A DNA stretch of 64,000 nucleotides, from NCBI GenBank assembly GCA_038523235.1, contig JBCBJQ010000017.1:21637-85636 (forward strand), given 5' to 3'. Below are positions 53,580 through 63,791 of this stretch, piece by piece (positions within the stretch are counted from its first letter, which is position 1; the number at the start of each line of letters is the position of its first letter). A program made the position numbers and the translations under genes. This DNA comes from Cyanobacteria bacterium J06626_4. Its GTDB lineage: Bacteria; Cyanobacteriota; Cyanobacteriia; Phormidesmidales; Phormidesmidaceae. The notes under the pieces were generated by a model. That model did not search any database. It worked only from the letters and a program-made list of their open reading frames with translations, and was not told the DNA's origin.

Positions 53580-53671
53580 CCGCCCAAGTTCGTTGCGAAT
53601 TCAACTTAAAGTTCATCGTGAACTAAAGGCATTGATTTCCGCTTATCCACCGCGAGAGAGAAGACAACCCC

Positions 53672-54994
53672 ATGACTCAGGCAATTGATAAACCTCAAAC
53701 CCTATCGACGGCGACTTCGCTAGGCCCGACGTTTTCGGCGCTGCGCTGTCGTGAGTGTGGTGAAACCTATGAGCTGGGTGCCAAGCATGTCTGTGAAGAC
53801 GTTTGCTTTGGTCCCCTGGAAGTGGTGTATGACTACGATTTGATTCGTCAGCGCGTCAGTCGCGCCAGCATTGAGGCTGGGCCCAAGTCGATCTGGCGTT
53901 ACAAAGACTTTTTGCCGGTGGCGACCGACACCCCCATTGATGTGGGCACCGGCATGACCCCACTGCTCAAGACCAACCGCTTAGCGCGGCGCTTGGGCCT
54001 CAAGTCGCTCTATATCAAGAACGATGCGGTCAACATGCCGACCCTGAGCTTCAAAGATCGAGTGGTTTCGGTGGCGCTGACCCGCGCTCAAGAATTGGGC
54101 TTCACCACGGTTTCTTGCGCTAGCACGGGCAATTTGGCGAACTCCACTGCCGCGATCGCGGCCCATGCCGGTCTAGACTGTTGTGTCTTTATTCCCTCTG
54201 ATTTAGAAGCGGGTAAGGTTTTAGGCACGCTGATTTACAACCCCACTCTGATGGCGGTGAGAGGCAACTACGACCAGGTCAACCGACTTTGTTCTGAGGT
54301 GGCTAATACCCAGGGCTGGGGCTTCGTCAACATCAATTTGCGGCCTTACTATTCCGAAGGGTCGAAAACCTTAGGCTATGAAGTGGCCGAGCAGTTAGGG
54401 TGGCAACTGCCTGATCATATCGTTGCACCGCTAGCCTCGGGGTCGCTCTTTTCGAAAATCCACAAAGGCTTCCAAGAGTTCATCAAAACCGGCTTGGTGG
54501 AAGATAAGGCCGTCCGCTTCAGCGGCGCTCAGGCTGAGGGCTGTTCGCCCATTTCGCAAGCGTTCAAAGAAGGTCGCGACTTTGTAACGCCGGTGAAGCC
54601 CAACACGATCGCCAAGTCGATCGCCATTGGCAACCCTGCTGACGGCATTTACGCCCTCGACATTGCCCGTAAAACGAACGGCAACATCGAAGATGTCACC
54701 GATGCAGAAATCATTGACGGCATGAAGCTGCTTGCTGAAACCGAAGGCATCTTTACTGAAACGGCGGGAGGCACTACCATCGCCGTGCTGAAAAAGCTGG
54801 TGGAAGCCGGCAAGATTGATCCTGATGAAACTACTGTCGCGTACATCACCGGCAACGGTCTCAAAACTCAGGAAGCGGTGCAGGGTTATATCGGTGAGCC
54901 GTTGACGATTGATCCGAAGCTAGAAAGTTTTGAGCGGGCCTTAGAGCGGGCTCGCACCCTAGAGCGTTTGGACTGGCAACAAACCTCTGTATAA
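53672..54994 (+). CDS. thrC: Threonine synthase family PLP enzyme
   Basis: PTLSFKDR (PLP lysine), CASTGNLA, EGSKTLGYE, TIAKSIAIGNP, ITGNGLK; Cys-rich N-terminus. Confidence 0.9.
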   Translation: MTQAIDKPQTLSTATSLGPTFSALRCRECGETYELGAKHVCEDVCFGPLEVVYDYDLIRQRVSRASIEAGPKSIWRYKDFLPVATDTPIDVGTGMTPLLKTNRLARRLGLKSLYIKNDAVNMPTLSFKDRVVSVALTRAQELGFTTVSCASTGNLANSTAAIAAHAGLDCCVFIPSDLEAGKVLGTLIYNPTLMAVRGNYDQVNRLCSEVANTQGWGFVNINLRPYYSEGSKTLGYEVAEQLGWQLPDHIVAPLASGSLFSKIHKGFQEFIKTGLVEDKAVRFSGAQAEGCSPISQAFKEGRDFVTPVKPNTIAKSIAIGNPADGIYALDIARKTNGNIEDVTDAEIIDGMKLLAETEGIFTETAGGTTIAVLKKLVEAGKIDPDETTVAYITGNGLKTQEAVQGYIGEPLTIDPKLESFERALERARTLERLDWQQTSV

Positions 54995-55175
54995 AGCGTT
55001 TTCTTTGGGTTTTCTGGAGTTGCTCCGTGAAAACTCACTCTCGCGTAGTCGCAGCCTGCCTTTGTTGACACAAACAGGGGTAGGCTGTTTTATCTGATGA
55101 CCAAGGACGAGCGATCGCCTTGACCGGGATTTGTGACCGGACTTCATTTTTACCCTGCTGATTTTTGATTGAGCT

Positions 55176-55451
55176 ATGGCCATTAAAGTTCTCATTCCCA
55201 CTCCGCTGCAAAAGTTCACCAATAACGAAGCCACCGTCGAGTGCGACGCGGGCAGTGTTGCTGCCCTGATGGATACGCTGGAAGGGCATTTTCCGGGCAT
55301 TAAGGCGCGCCTCTGCGATGACCAGGGTGAGCTGCGACGGTTCGTCAACTTCTATGTCAACAGCGAAGACATTCGCTTTTTAGACGGCAAAGAGACCTCC
55401 CTCAAAGATGGTGACGAAGTCAGCATCGTGCCTGCAGTAGCGGGTGGTTAG
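55176..55451 (+). CDS. MoaD/ThiS/CysO-like ubiquitin-fold sulfur carrier
   Basis: [27 protein letters not shown]-terminal PAVAGG. Confidence 0.93.
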   Translation: MAIKVLIPTPLQKFTNNEATVECDAGSVAALMDTLEGHFPGIKARLCDDQGELRRFVNFYVNSEDIRFLDGKETSLKDGDEVSIVPAVAGG

Positions 55452-55547
55452 GTTGTCATTTAGCTGGATATTTCCCCGTTTGGGAGGGGCTGAGGGGTGA
55501 GTTGAGTCAGTCAGCAGCCCCCTAGAACCCAGCTAAATGACAGCCTA
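55449..55547. mobile_element. 99-bp MITE-like element with 19-bp terminal inverted repeats
   Basis: TAGGTTGTCATTTAGCTGG (55449-55467) vs CCAGCTAAATGACAGCCTA (55529-55547), 18/19; TA at both ends. Confidence 0.6.
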
Positions 55548-55558
55548 TGCGGTCGAGA

Positions 55559-56158
55559 CTAGCTGCCCGCCCAAAAGTCAGTGATGTCGTAGCCCAGATC
55601 GCGAATCATCTCGCGTAAGAGAGACATGCTCAGGCCGACAACATTGGTGTAGCAACCATCGATTTTTTCGACCAGAATGCTGCCCTTGCCATCGATCGCA
55701 AACGCACCGGCGCAATTCAACGGTTCACCCGTGGCGACGTAGTCTCTGATCTGGCGATCGCTCACGTAAGCAAAATAGACCTGCGTGACCCGACACTGCA
55801 CGATTGATTTTTGGCGGGCGGTATCAATCAGAGCATGGCCGGTATAAAGTTCGCCGCGCTTGCCGCGCATCTCTTGCCAGCGGAAGATCGCGTCTGCTGG
55901 CCCGTCTGGCTTGCCATAAACCTGGCCGTTAAAGACTAGAACCGAGTCACACCCTAATACCAGCGCCTTGCTAAATTGCGGCGCGACGGTTTCGGCTTTG
56001 CTTTGGGCTAGCGTATTGACGAGGTCAGCTGGATCCGATAACTGCACCTGATCTTCGTCGAATTTACTCGGGCAAACAAAGGCGGCGAGTCCCGCATCGG
56101 CGAGTAGTCGGCGACGGGCGATCGAGGCGGAGGCGAGTACAAACTGTAGGTCTTCCAT
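55559..56158 (-). CDS. maf: Maf nucleoside triphosphate pyrophosphatase
   Basis: VLASASIARRRLL, LGCDSVL, YGKP, GEPLNCAGAF, NVVGLS. Confidence 0.93.
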   Translation of the reverse strand: MEDLQFVLASASIARRRLLADAGLAAFVCPSKFDEDQVQLSDPADLVNTLAQSKAETVAPQFSKALVLGCDSVLVFNGQVYGKPDGPADAIFRWQEMRGKRGELYTGHALIDTARQKSIVQCRVTQVYFAYVSDRQIRDYVATGEPLNCAGAFAIDGKGSILVEKIDGCYTNVVGLSMSLLREMIRDLGYDITDFWAGS

Positions 56159-56340
56159 AGGGGCGGTGGCGAGGGTGATCGACCTCGCGATTGTGCTAAC
56201 TCGATTTTCAGACTAGCGCTAAAAGGGGCTAGCGTTGATGTCTCAACGGTTGCGCCATCTAGACCAAGTGAATCAGTAAAGACGATTCACTGCAGGGCCA
56301 TACAGCACTGCCAACGAGTACAGACTTTTCGAGAAATTGC

Positions 56341-56877
56341 CTAATCTACTGCGAACGAGGCGACTGCTTGCTTCATCAGGTCGGCCATTTTATCCCAGCG
56401 TTCCTCTTCTGTAGAGGCATTAAAGGTAAATAGCTTATCGCGGCGCACCACGACGCTGGCTAAGTTGTGGCGAACGCCGGACGGTAGGTCAGCAATGTAT
56501 TCCAAAATGTAATAAGGTTCACCAGCCCGATCGATTTCGATCGCGTTAGCAAGTTCCACATCGCGGTCACCCGCGATCGCGTTGATGCTTTTCGACAGCT
56601 TGTAGCCGACTTCGGTCGGGGTACCCAATTCTTTGAGACTTTGCCCATCGGGCACATCACTAATCACCACGCTGATGTTTTCGGTCTCATTGACAATGTC
56701 GTGAAAGACCACGTCAGCGCTACCAGCGACTTTAACCTCGGTCCACCCGGTGGGGTAAAGAAAGCGATAGCCGTCGTAGGTATCCGTGAAGGACTGCAGG
56801 CCCACACCCGCTCCCACACAACCCTGCAGCACTAGCGCAGTCACCACGATGAGTAAAGCTGTGAAACGTTTCAGCAT
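56341..56877 (-). CDS. psbP: Photosystem II CyanoP (PsbP) lipoprotein
   Basis: Lipobox LQGC; DGYRFLYPTGW, DVVFHDIV, LGTPTEVG, YYILEY. Confidence 0.92.
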   Translation of the reverse strand: MLKRFTALLIVVTALVLQGCVGAGVGLQSFTDTYDGYRFLYPTGWTEVKVAGSADVVFHDIVNETENISVVISDVPDGQSLKELGTPTEVGYKLSKSINAIAGDRDVELANAIEIDRAGEPYYILEYIADLPSGVRHNLASVVVRRDKLFTFNASTEEERWDKMADLMKQAVASFAVD

Positions 56878-56943
56878 AGGTCTTTCTAAATACATGCGAT
56901 CGCCAATCTCTATCTTCTCACCTCCTGGAAAGAATACTAAAGC

Positions 56944-57681
56944 TTAGGCGGGTTTTTCGAAGAAAAGCAGATGCTGCTGGGGCAAAGACTCATCGGTTTT
57001 GAGCCAAGTCAAGCCCACCGCTCGCATTTCTCGCTTGACCTGCTTTTCGCTCATCTTGTGCAGCCGCTTGATCAAGACCAAAGGGCTCTCGGCGCGATAT
57101 TCAGCCAGCACGACTTGACCACCGGGCTTGAGCGCGTCGCGCAGATGCAGCATCATCTCATGGGGATATTCAAACTCATGGTAGGCGTCAACCATGAGGG
57201 CCAGATCAACGCTCTCTGCCGGTAAGTTGGGATTATCGATCGCCCCCTGCACCGGTTCTACAGTGGTGATATTGGCTTCCAATAGCCGCTGGCGCAGCAA
57301 GCTCAGCATCTCTGGCTGCACATCCACGGCGAAAACGTGACCGGCAGGTAACTTGTCGGCGAGTCGCAGGGTCATGTAGCCTGTGCCCGCACCGATGTCG
57401 ACCACCGTCTCATCCGGCGCGAGGTTCAGCAGTTCTACGATCTGTTGGGGATGCTCTTGTGGTTCACGACTGGGTCGCTCTAACCAATAAGCGCCCTCGT
57501 GCCCCATCACCTGAGCGATTTCTCGTCCCATATACACTTTGCCGATGCCGTCACGGCTGGGCTGCTGCTGCCGATACGGGCCGTCGCTGCCAGTTAGCGT
57601 GTTCGGTTGGCAGGCCCATAGGCTGATACAAACCAGACTGATTATGGCCCATCGTAGACCGGCTCTAACGATGTTTGGCAT
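56944..57681 (-). CDS. Class I SAM-dependent methyltransferase (putative lipoprotein)
   Basis: VVDIGAGTGY, AVDVQPEM, LKPGG; LWAC lipobox-like segment. Confidence 0.9.
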   Translation of the reverse strand: MPNIVRAGLRWAIISLVCISLWACQPNTLTGSDGPYRQQQPSRDGIGKVYMGREIAQVMGHEGAYWLERPSREPQEHPQQIVELLNLAPDETVVDIGAGTGYMTLRLADKLPAGHVFAVDVQPEMLSLLRQRLLEANITTVEPVQGAIDNPNLPAESVDLALMVDAYHEFEYPHEMMLHLRDALKPGGQVVLAEYRAESPLVLIKRLHKMSEKQVKREMRAVGLTWLKTDESLPQQHLLFFEKPA

Positions 57682-57834
57682 GGCGCGTCCCTTAAGAAAG
57701 ACACTTACAGCTTACTGGGTCTTGCCTAAGGGGGTATCAAGATGAGGATCTGGCGGGTGAATTTGCCCTGCCCGCTTAGACCCGCTCAAATGCTATACAA
57801 CTGCGGCCAGCTCATGGTTGTTGCGGTCAGGTCT

Positions 57835-58791
57835 CTAGACAGCGGCCAGATATTCCCGCAGTTCACTGCGATGCTGCCTCAGCTTATTCACGGCTTGCTT
57901 CTGCAGCTGACGTACCCGTTCGCGGCTGATGTTGAGCTGTCGTCCGACCTTTTCTAAAGAGAGAGGAACACCATCTTGCAGACCGTAGCGCAGCGAGAGC
58001 ACTTCTTGTTGCTGCGGTGTTAGGCCGGTGATCAAATCCTGCAGATCAGCTTTGAGGGCACGCTGCGTGACGAAATCTTCGGGTGAATCTTCTTCCGATT
58101 CCAGCAGGTCGGCCAGCTCGGTATCTTGGTTGTCGCCTACCCGCAGCTCTAGAGACAGGGGACGGCGCGAGAGCCGCATACAGTCACGCACCCGCTTAGG
58201 GGTGAGGTCAAGATGGGCCGCGACTTCTTCAATCGAGGCCGTGCGGCCTTGGGCTTGAGTGAGCTGGCGCTGGGCTTTTTTAATTTTGTTGAGGGTCTCC
58301 GTCACATGAATCGGTAAGCGGACGACGCGGCTTTTTTCGGCGATCGCGCGAGTCATGGCTTGGCGAATCCACCAGTAGGCGTAAGTGCTGAACCGGTAGC
58401 CCTTCATCGGGTCAAACTTTTCGACTGCGCGGTTGAGGCCGATTGAGCCCTCTTGGATGAGGTCTAGCAGGTCGAGATTGCGATCGGTGTATTTCTTCGC
58501 GATTGAAACCACCAGCCGCAGGTTTGCCTCAATCATTTGATGTTTAGCACGGTTACTGCGGCGGATCAGGCACTGCAGGTTTGGCAGGGATAGGGTCGCG
58601 CGATCGGCCCACTCTTGCTGGGTAGGTTCGCGCTGCAGCGCTGTGGTAAGTTCTTCACGCATTGCCTCTAAGGGCACCATGGCTTGCACTTGTTTGCCGA
58701 ATTTGATCTCTTCTTCATGGGTTAAGAGAGGAACTCGACCAATGGATTTGAGATAAGAGTAAACAGCATCAGAAGATTTAGTGCTTCGCAT
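57835..58791 (-). CDS. Group-2 RNA polymerase sigma factor (RpoD/SigB-like)
   Basis: [51 protein letters not shown]. Confidence 0.95.
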   Translation of the reverse strand: MRSTKSSDAVYSYLKSIGRVPLLTHEEEIKFGKQVQAMVPLEAMREELTTALQREPTQQEWADRATLSLPNLQCLIRRSNRAKHQMIEANLRLVVSIAKKYTDRNLDLLDLIQEGSIGLNRAVEKFDPMKGYRFSTYAYWWIRQAMTRAIAEKSRVVRLPIHVTETLNKIKKAQRQLTQAQGRTASIEEVAAHLDLTPKRVRDCMRLSRRPLSLELRVGDNQDTELADLLESEEDSPEDFVTQRALKADLQDLITGLTPQQQEVLSLRYGLQDGVPLSLEKVGRQLNISRERVRQLQKQAVNKLRQHRSELREYLAAV

Positions 58792-59070
58792 AATACGTGA
58801 GTGGCGTTTAGAGATCGTCTTTCTAGAATCGATGAATCTTTACATGGGGGCATCCTTCCCTTGACTGATTTGTTGGGAGCTGAGTCAATGAAGGCCTCTT
58901 GAGGGGGGATGTGGGTGCATCGGCTGACTAAGCGTGTGCCGCAGTCAAGCTGTCTGATGAGATATAAAGGTGAACCAGACTGCTTCATCATCCGAAGCTT
59001 GCACCTCAATCGGGGCAGCTAGCAAACTGGCTTAGGCAGCATATCTGCTGACATATCTTAAGGACGACAT

Positions 59071-59105
59071 AGCCGCGAGCCTGTTTTTGAAACAGGCTCG
59101 CGGCT
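59071..59105. terminator. Strong hairpin downstream of dps
   Basis: AGCCGCGAGCCTGTTT-TTG-AAACAGGCTCGCGGCT, perfect 16-bp stem; no U-tract. Confidence 0.6.
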
Positions 59106-59164
59106 GTTGCGATGCTGGATTACAGCCTTGCTACAAACGAGCTTGCTGTACCGCTATGCAAAAG

Positions 59165-59704
59165 CTATACAGTGGCTGGGGCGTTGTTCACAGCCTGCTG
59201 GCTGCGTGAACCGCCACTCAATGATTCGCCCTCCGTGAAGGAGCGCAGCATCCAAGCTGCTTTCTCGTACTGCTGCATGAGGCCCGTCAAAAAGTCGGCA
59301 GTGCCTTCGTCGCCGTAGTCGTCATTGCACTGAGTAATGTGGTCACGCAGATTGCGAATGATCTGTTCGTAATTCGAGCAGAGGCGACTAACCATCTCGT
59401 TAACTGTCGGCAGATCGTTGGGATGCTCTTTGATGGAGGCATACTTCAGAAAGCCTTCGGCAGTGCCTAAGGGATACCCCCCAAGGGCTCTGATGCGCTC
59501 GGCGATGTTGTCGACGTCGAGGGCTAGCATCTCGTATTGCTCTTGCCAAAGCTCATGCATAGTGCGGAACTGTGGACCAACGACATCCCAGTGATACTTG
59601 CGCGTCTTGACAAGTAATAGGTAAACGTCTGCCAAATCTCTGTTCAGCAATTCAATGACGTTGCCTAGCTGGTTTTCCGTTAGTCCGATGTTGATGGATT
59701 TCAT
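59165..59704 (-). CDS. dps: Dps (DNA protection during starvation) ferritin-like protein
   Basis: KYHWDVVGPQFRTMHELW, DNIAERIRALGG, DEGTADFL. Confidence 0.95.
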   Translation of the reverse strand: MKSINIGLTENQLGNVIELLNRDLADVYLLLVKTRKYHWDVVGPQFRTMHELWQEQYEMLALDVDNIAERIRALGGYPLGTAEGFLKYASIKEHPNDLPTVNEMVSRLCSNYEQIIRNLRDHITQCNDDYGDEGTADFLTGLMQQYEKAAWMLRSFTEGESLSGGSRSQQAVNNAPATV

Positions 59705-59805
59705 AAACTCCGTTGTTTGTTCAACATCTTTATCAAATCAAATTTTGATGATTGATACATCGTCCATTAGTCAGAAGCGGAGTCTATCGAACGATAGAAA
59801 GAGTT

Positions 59806-60501
59806 CTATTGCACTAACCCGGTGCGCAGCGCTCGGACGGCCGCTTGGGTGCGATCGCTGGCGCTGAGCTTATTTAAGATATTGCAGACGTGAGTTTTAA
59901 CAGTGCCCACGGTGATGTAGAGCTGTTCGGCAATCTGGGCGTTGCTGCTGCCTGCGACGATCAATTCCAGCACTTCCAGCTCACGCTCAGTCAAAGGCGA
60001 CATTTCGAGCACTTGCGCGTAGTCGTCGCTACTGTCTGTGTCGACTGGGGTTGGTGGCGCAAGGCGTTTGGCTTGAGTCAGCACAATGCGGGCGATCGCG
60101 GGGTCGATCCAGACTTGGCCTTCATGGGTCAGCTGAATGGCTTCGACTAATTTTTCAATATCGATGTCCTTCACGCTGTAAGAATCGGCACCTGCCGCAA
60201 AGGCGGCCATGACCGACTCTTCTGTATCGTGCATCGTCAACATGAGAATGCGCGTGGCTGGTGGTTCGGCGTTGGCCGAGCCCGCTTTGAATTGCCGGGT
60301 CACCTCAATCCCATCGATGTCTGGTAAGCCAATGTCAACCACGGCAACATCGGGCTGCACGCGTTGCAGTAGAGCGAGACCTTGCTGACCATTCGCGGCT
60401 TCACCCACGACGGAGATTTGCGCTTGCTGCTGCAGGGCTGCTTTCAACCCCATTCGGGTAAGGTCATGATCTTCGACAATTACAATGCGAATCTTATTCA
60501 T
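59806..60501 (-). CDS. NarL/LuxR-family response regulator
   Basis: IVEDH, VDIGLPDIDG, LTERELEVL, TVKTHV. Confidence 0.94.
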   Translation of the reverse strand: MNKIRIVIVEDHDLTRMGLKAALQQQAQISVVGEAANGQQGLALLQRVQPDVAVVDIGLPDIDGIEVTRQFKAGSANAEPPATRILMLTMHDTEESVMAAFAAGADSYSVKDIDIEKLVEAIQLTHEGQVWIDPAIARIVLTQAKRLAPPTPVDTDSSDDYAQVLEMSPLTERELEVLELIVAGSSNAQIAEQLYITVGTVKTHVCNILNKLSASDRTQAAVRALRTGLVQ

Positions 60502-60989
60502 CAAAAAACTAACCAGGGTGGAATATCCAATCAGAAAAAGTCTGCTTAACCCTCAGGTGTGTCGTTCATGTCAAGGCCAAAACCTTTGCAACACCGTATG
60601 ACAGCACCTGTCCTCACTGCAGCCGCTCAAGTCAATAACCTGGATGACGAGTCGTAGATCCCTCCGATGATGACAGGTGCTAAACACTAGCGAATACCTG
60701 GAGATGTAGAACTGCGCGGTTACTGACGGGGATGTTGGGCCATTTTAGATCCTATGAATGCTGCCACGCCACGACTGGCTGGCCAGATATCACTCTTTCA
60801 ATGGTTGCCTGTGGCGTAATTTTGAATGCCCGCTTCATCACCTAAAGTCAAAGTCCCATTCATTTTCGGTGACTGAGGAGCATCGCATATCTGACGAATG
60901 TCAGATTTTTATCTCCCTCAAAAGTCAGAGTCTTGCCGCCTGCGTGATTGGGCCGAAGCAAGCTCGAGTCTTGTGAATCTGCCTGAAAA

Positions 60990-61154
60990 CGAAGAGTCGA
61001 CAACGATTGCGCCATACTCGCCGGCAAAATAGTCCTGGTAGGGCTCGCGATCGCGAGTGCTATGGTGGCGCTGATGGGCCGCACTCTTGAGCTTGAGAGC
61101 CTGCCCCCTGTCGGCCCGATGATTGATGCCGACATAGCCCGTTCTGTCGCCTAA
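60990..61154 (+). pseudogene. Possible eroded histidine-kinase HATPase C-terminal remnant
   Basis: Frame from 61041 reads GLAIASAMVALMGRTLELESLPPVG, like a G2 box; no intact upstream ORF. Confidence 0.35.
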
Positions 61155-61156
61155 CC

Positions 61157-62530
61157 ATGATGACTTTGCAGTTTCCACCTGGCTTTCAATGGGGTACCGC
61201 AACCGCTGCTTATCAAATTGAAGGGGCGGCGCAGGTTGACGGTCGCGGGGCCAGCGTGTGGGATACGTTTAGCGCGCAACCCGGCCGCATTTTGAATGGC
61301 GATACTGGGGCGATCGCCTGCGATCATTACCATCGCTACGCAGCGGATTTAGATCTGCTGCAAGCTTTGGGCGTCAAGCACTATCGGTTGAGCTTGGCCT
61401 GGCCCCGCCTTTTGCCCACGGGGCGAGGGCCACTGAACCGAACGGGGCTCGATTTTTATCAGCGCCTCATTGATGGCCTGCTAGCGCGGGGTATTACGCC
61501 CCACGTCACCTTATTTCACTGGGACAGTCCGCAGGCGTTGGAAGATGGCTATGGCTCGTGGCGCAGTCGTGAGATGGCCCAAGACTTTGCCGACTATGCC
61601 ACGGCGGTAGTCGAGGTGCTGGGCGATCGCGTCACCCACTGGATGACGCTCAACGAAATCTTTTGCTTTACCCATATGGGTTATGGCGTTGACCAAGTGC
61701 CCGTCCACGCGCCAGGCAACCGCGTAGCTTCCTTGAAAGAAGTTTGGCAAACTTCGCATCACGCGCTGTTGGCTCACGGGTTAGGCTGTCAGGCGATCCG
61801 CGCCGCATCCCCTCAACCTTGTCAGGTCGCTCTGGTCGATAACTTTTTGGCAACGGTGCCCCTCACGGCAACACCCGACCACATTGCCGCTGCACAAAAG
61901 GCGTTTCATACGGTTGGCACCAATGGTGGCATTATCTTTCCGGCCTTGACGGGCGAATATAGTCCTGCCCTGCTGGCCCAACTCGGCGATCAGGCCCCTG
62001 ACATACAGCCGGGTGATTTGGAGACGATTCATCAACCGTTGGATGCGCTAGGGTTCAATGTCTACAGTGGTGTTTACGTGCGCGCTGCCGACACTGCGGT
62101 GGGCTACGAAGTGCTGCCGCTGCCAGCGGGTTATCCGCGGCTGCATATGCCGTGGCTGCACTTGGTGCCCGAGAGCCTCTATTGGGGCATTCGCCATGTC
62201 AGCACAACGCTGCAGCGCCCAGATCTGCCCGTCTTTATCAGCGAAAACGGTTGCGCGGCTCGAGATGAGGTCACTGCCGAGGGCGAGATTCTGGATCTCG
62301 ATCGCATTCACTACCTGCGGCAATATCTGCAGGCCGCTCACCGCGCTGTGACCGAAGGCTATCCTCTGACTGGCTACTTTTTGTGGAGTCTGATGGATAA
62401 CTTTGAATGGGCCTATGGCTACGATCGCCGCTTTGGCATTACCTATATCGACTACGCCACGCAACAGCGTATTCCCAAAGCCAGCTTCCACTGGTACAAA
62501 CAGTGCATTGCGGCGGGGCAGATTCTTTAG
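61157..62530 (+). CDS. Glycoside hydrolase family 1 beta-glucosidase
   Basis: FQWGTATAAYQIEGA, TLFHWD, TLNE (acid/base), ISENG (nucleophile), WSLMDNFEW. Confidence 0.95.
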   Translation: MMTLQFPPGFQWGTATAAYQIEGAAQVDGRGASVWDTFSAQPGRILNGDTGAIACDHYHRYAADLDLLQALGVKHYRLSLAWPRLLPTGRGPLNRTGLDFYQRLIDGLLARGITPHVTLFHWDSPQALEDGYGSWRSREMAQDFADYATAVVEVLGDRVTHWMTLNEIFCFTHMGYGVDQVPVHAPGNRVASLKEVWQTSHHALLAHGLGCQAIRAASPQPCQVALVDNFLATVPLTATPDHIAAAQKAFHTVGTNGGIIFPALTGEYSPALLAQLGDQAPDIQPGDLETIHQPLDALGFNVYSGVYVRAADTAVGYEVLPLPAGYPRLHMPWLHLVPESLYWGIRHVSTTLQRPDLPVFISENGCAARDEVTAEGEILDLDRIHYLRQYLQAAHRAVTEGYPLTGYFLWSLMDNFEWAYGYDRRFGITYIDYATQQRIPKASFHWYKQCIAAGQIL

Positions 62531-62799
62531 GCGATGGCCAGCAAAAACGATACTCGCAGGAATTAGTTGGATGGATGTTTTGTCGCGATGAAATCAAGAT
62601 TTCCATCCAGACTTCCCCTTGTACCGAATCATCTGAAACCAGCCAACAAATCTGCTCCCTTGCCCCGCTGCTCCCCGGCGTTACCCAAATTGTCTTGGGA
62701 AGTCCGATCCCGGAGGCGATCAGAAGCGGCAGCCGGCGGCACAGACCTAGGCAGAGCGTTAGAGTGTGAACCGTTGCCTTAATTTCTTCAATTGACTCC

Positions 62800-63627
62800 A
62801 TGCCAGAAGGGCCAGAAATTCGTAAAGCTGCCGATAAGTTAGAGAAGGCGATCGCTCACCAGCCCACTACAGAAGTTTTTTTTGCCTTTGAGCATCTGCA
62901 GCCCTATCAAGATCAGCTGACGGGCCAGGCGGTGACTCAAATCTCGACCTATGGCAAAGCGCTGGTTACCTACTTTGAGGGCGGTCTGTGTGTTTACAGC
63001 CACAACCAGCTCTATGGCAAATGGATGGTACGCAACGCCTACAACTATCCCTCAACGAACCGACAGTTGCGGTTTGCGATTCATACTCAGCGCAAGTCAG
63101 CTCTGCTCTACAGCGCCTCTGACATTGAGGTGCTGCCTGCGGTAGCAGTGTTAGAACATCCCTGTATTCAGCGCCTTGGGCCCGACATTTTGGACGCGAC
63201 CGTGACGCCAGAAGAGATTCTGGCGTGGGTACAGAGCAAGGTGTTTTACCGTCGTCGCTTTACAACCCTGCTGCTCGATCAGAGCTTTTTGTGCGGCGTC
63301 GGCAACTATCTACGCAGCGAGATTTTGTTTGTCAGCCGTCTGCACCCCACGCACCGACCGACTGATTATGATCGCGACCAGTTAGCTCGCTTTGCCGACG
63401 CGGCGCTGGCGGTACCACAACAGTCCTACCGGCACGGCGGGATTACCAATGATTTGGCGATTGCTGCCGATTTAAAAAAGCAGGGCATGCCTCGACGGCA
63501 GTACCGGCATTGGGTATTTGGTCGCGATGGTCAGGGCTGTTTTGTCTGTGGTACCGCCATCCTCAAAGATCGCACCGGCGGGCGGCGCTATTACTACTGC
63601 CCCACCTGCCAACCGGCTGAGCGCTGA
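62800..63627 (+). CDS. nei: Endonuclease VIII (Fpg/Nei DNA glycosylase)
   Basis: N-terminal PEGPE, YSHNQLYG, LLDQSFLCGVGNYLRSE, C4 zinc finger. Confidence 0.93.
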   Translation: MPEGPEIRKAADKLEKAIAHQPTTEVFFAFEHLQPYQDQLTGQAVTQISTYGKALVTYFEGGLCVYSHNQLYGKWMVRNAYNYPSTNRQLRFAIHTQRKSALLYSASDIEVLPAVAVLEHPCIQRLGPDILDATVTPEEILAWVQSKVFYRRRFTTLLLDQSFLCGVGNYLRSEILFVSRLHPTHRPTDYDRDQLARFADAALAVPQQSYRHGGITNDLAIAADLKKQGMPRRQYRHWVFGRDGQGCFVCGTAILKDRTGGRRYYYCPTCQPAER

Positions 63628-63791
63628 TTGAACTAAACCACAACCTGTTCGGGGCAATGGGTGACTACAACGTAAAGTGACGGATGCTTGCTCCCCCCAA
63701 CCCCCTTGAAAAACTATCCCTTCTATAACAAGTTGCTATATTGCCCATTTGAGAAAGGTTTGACCGATTAGCTACGGCAGTTTTACGGACT

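Noticed and set aside
60860..61135. 91-aa minus-strand ORF (TIALAIASP...)
   Set aside because: Reads as the antisense of a kinase-like GLAIA segment, not a gene.
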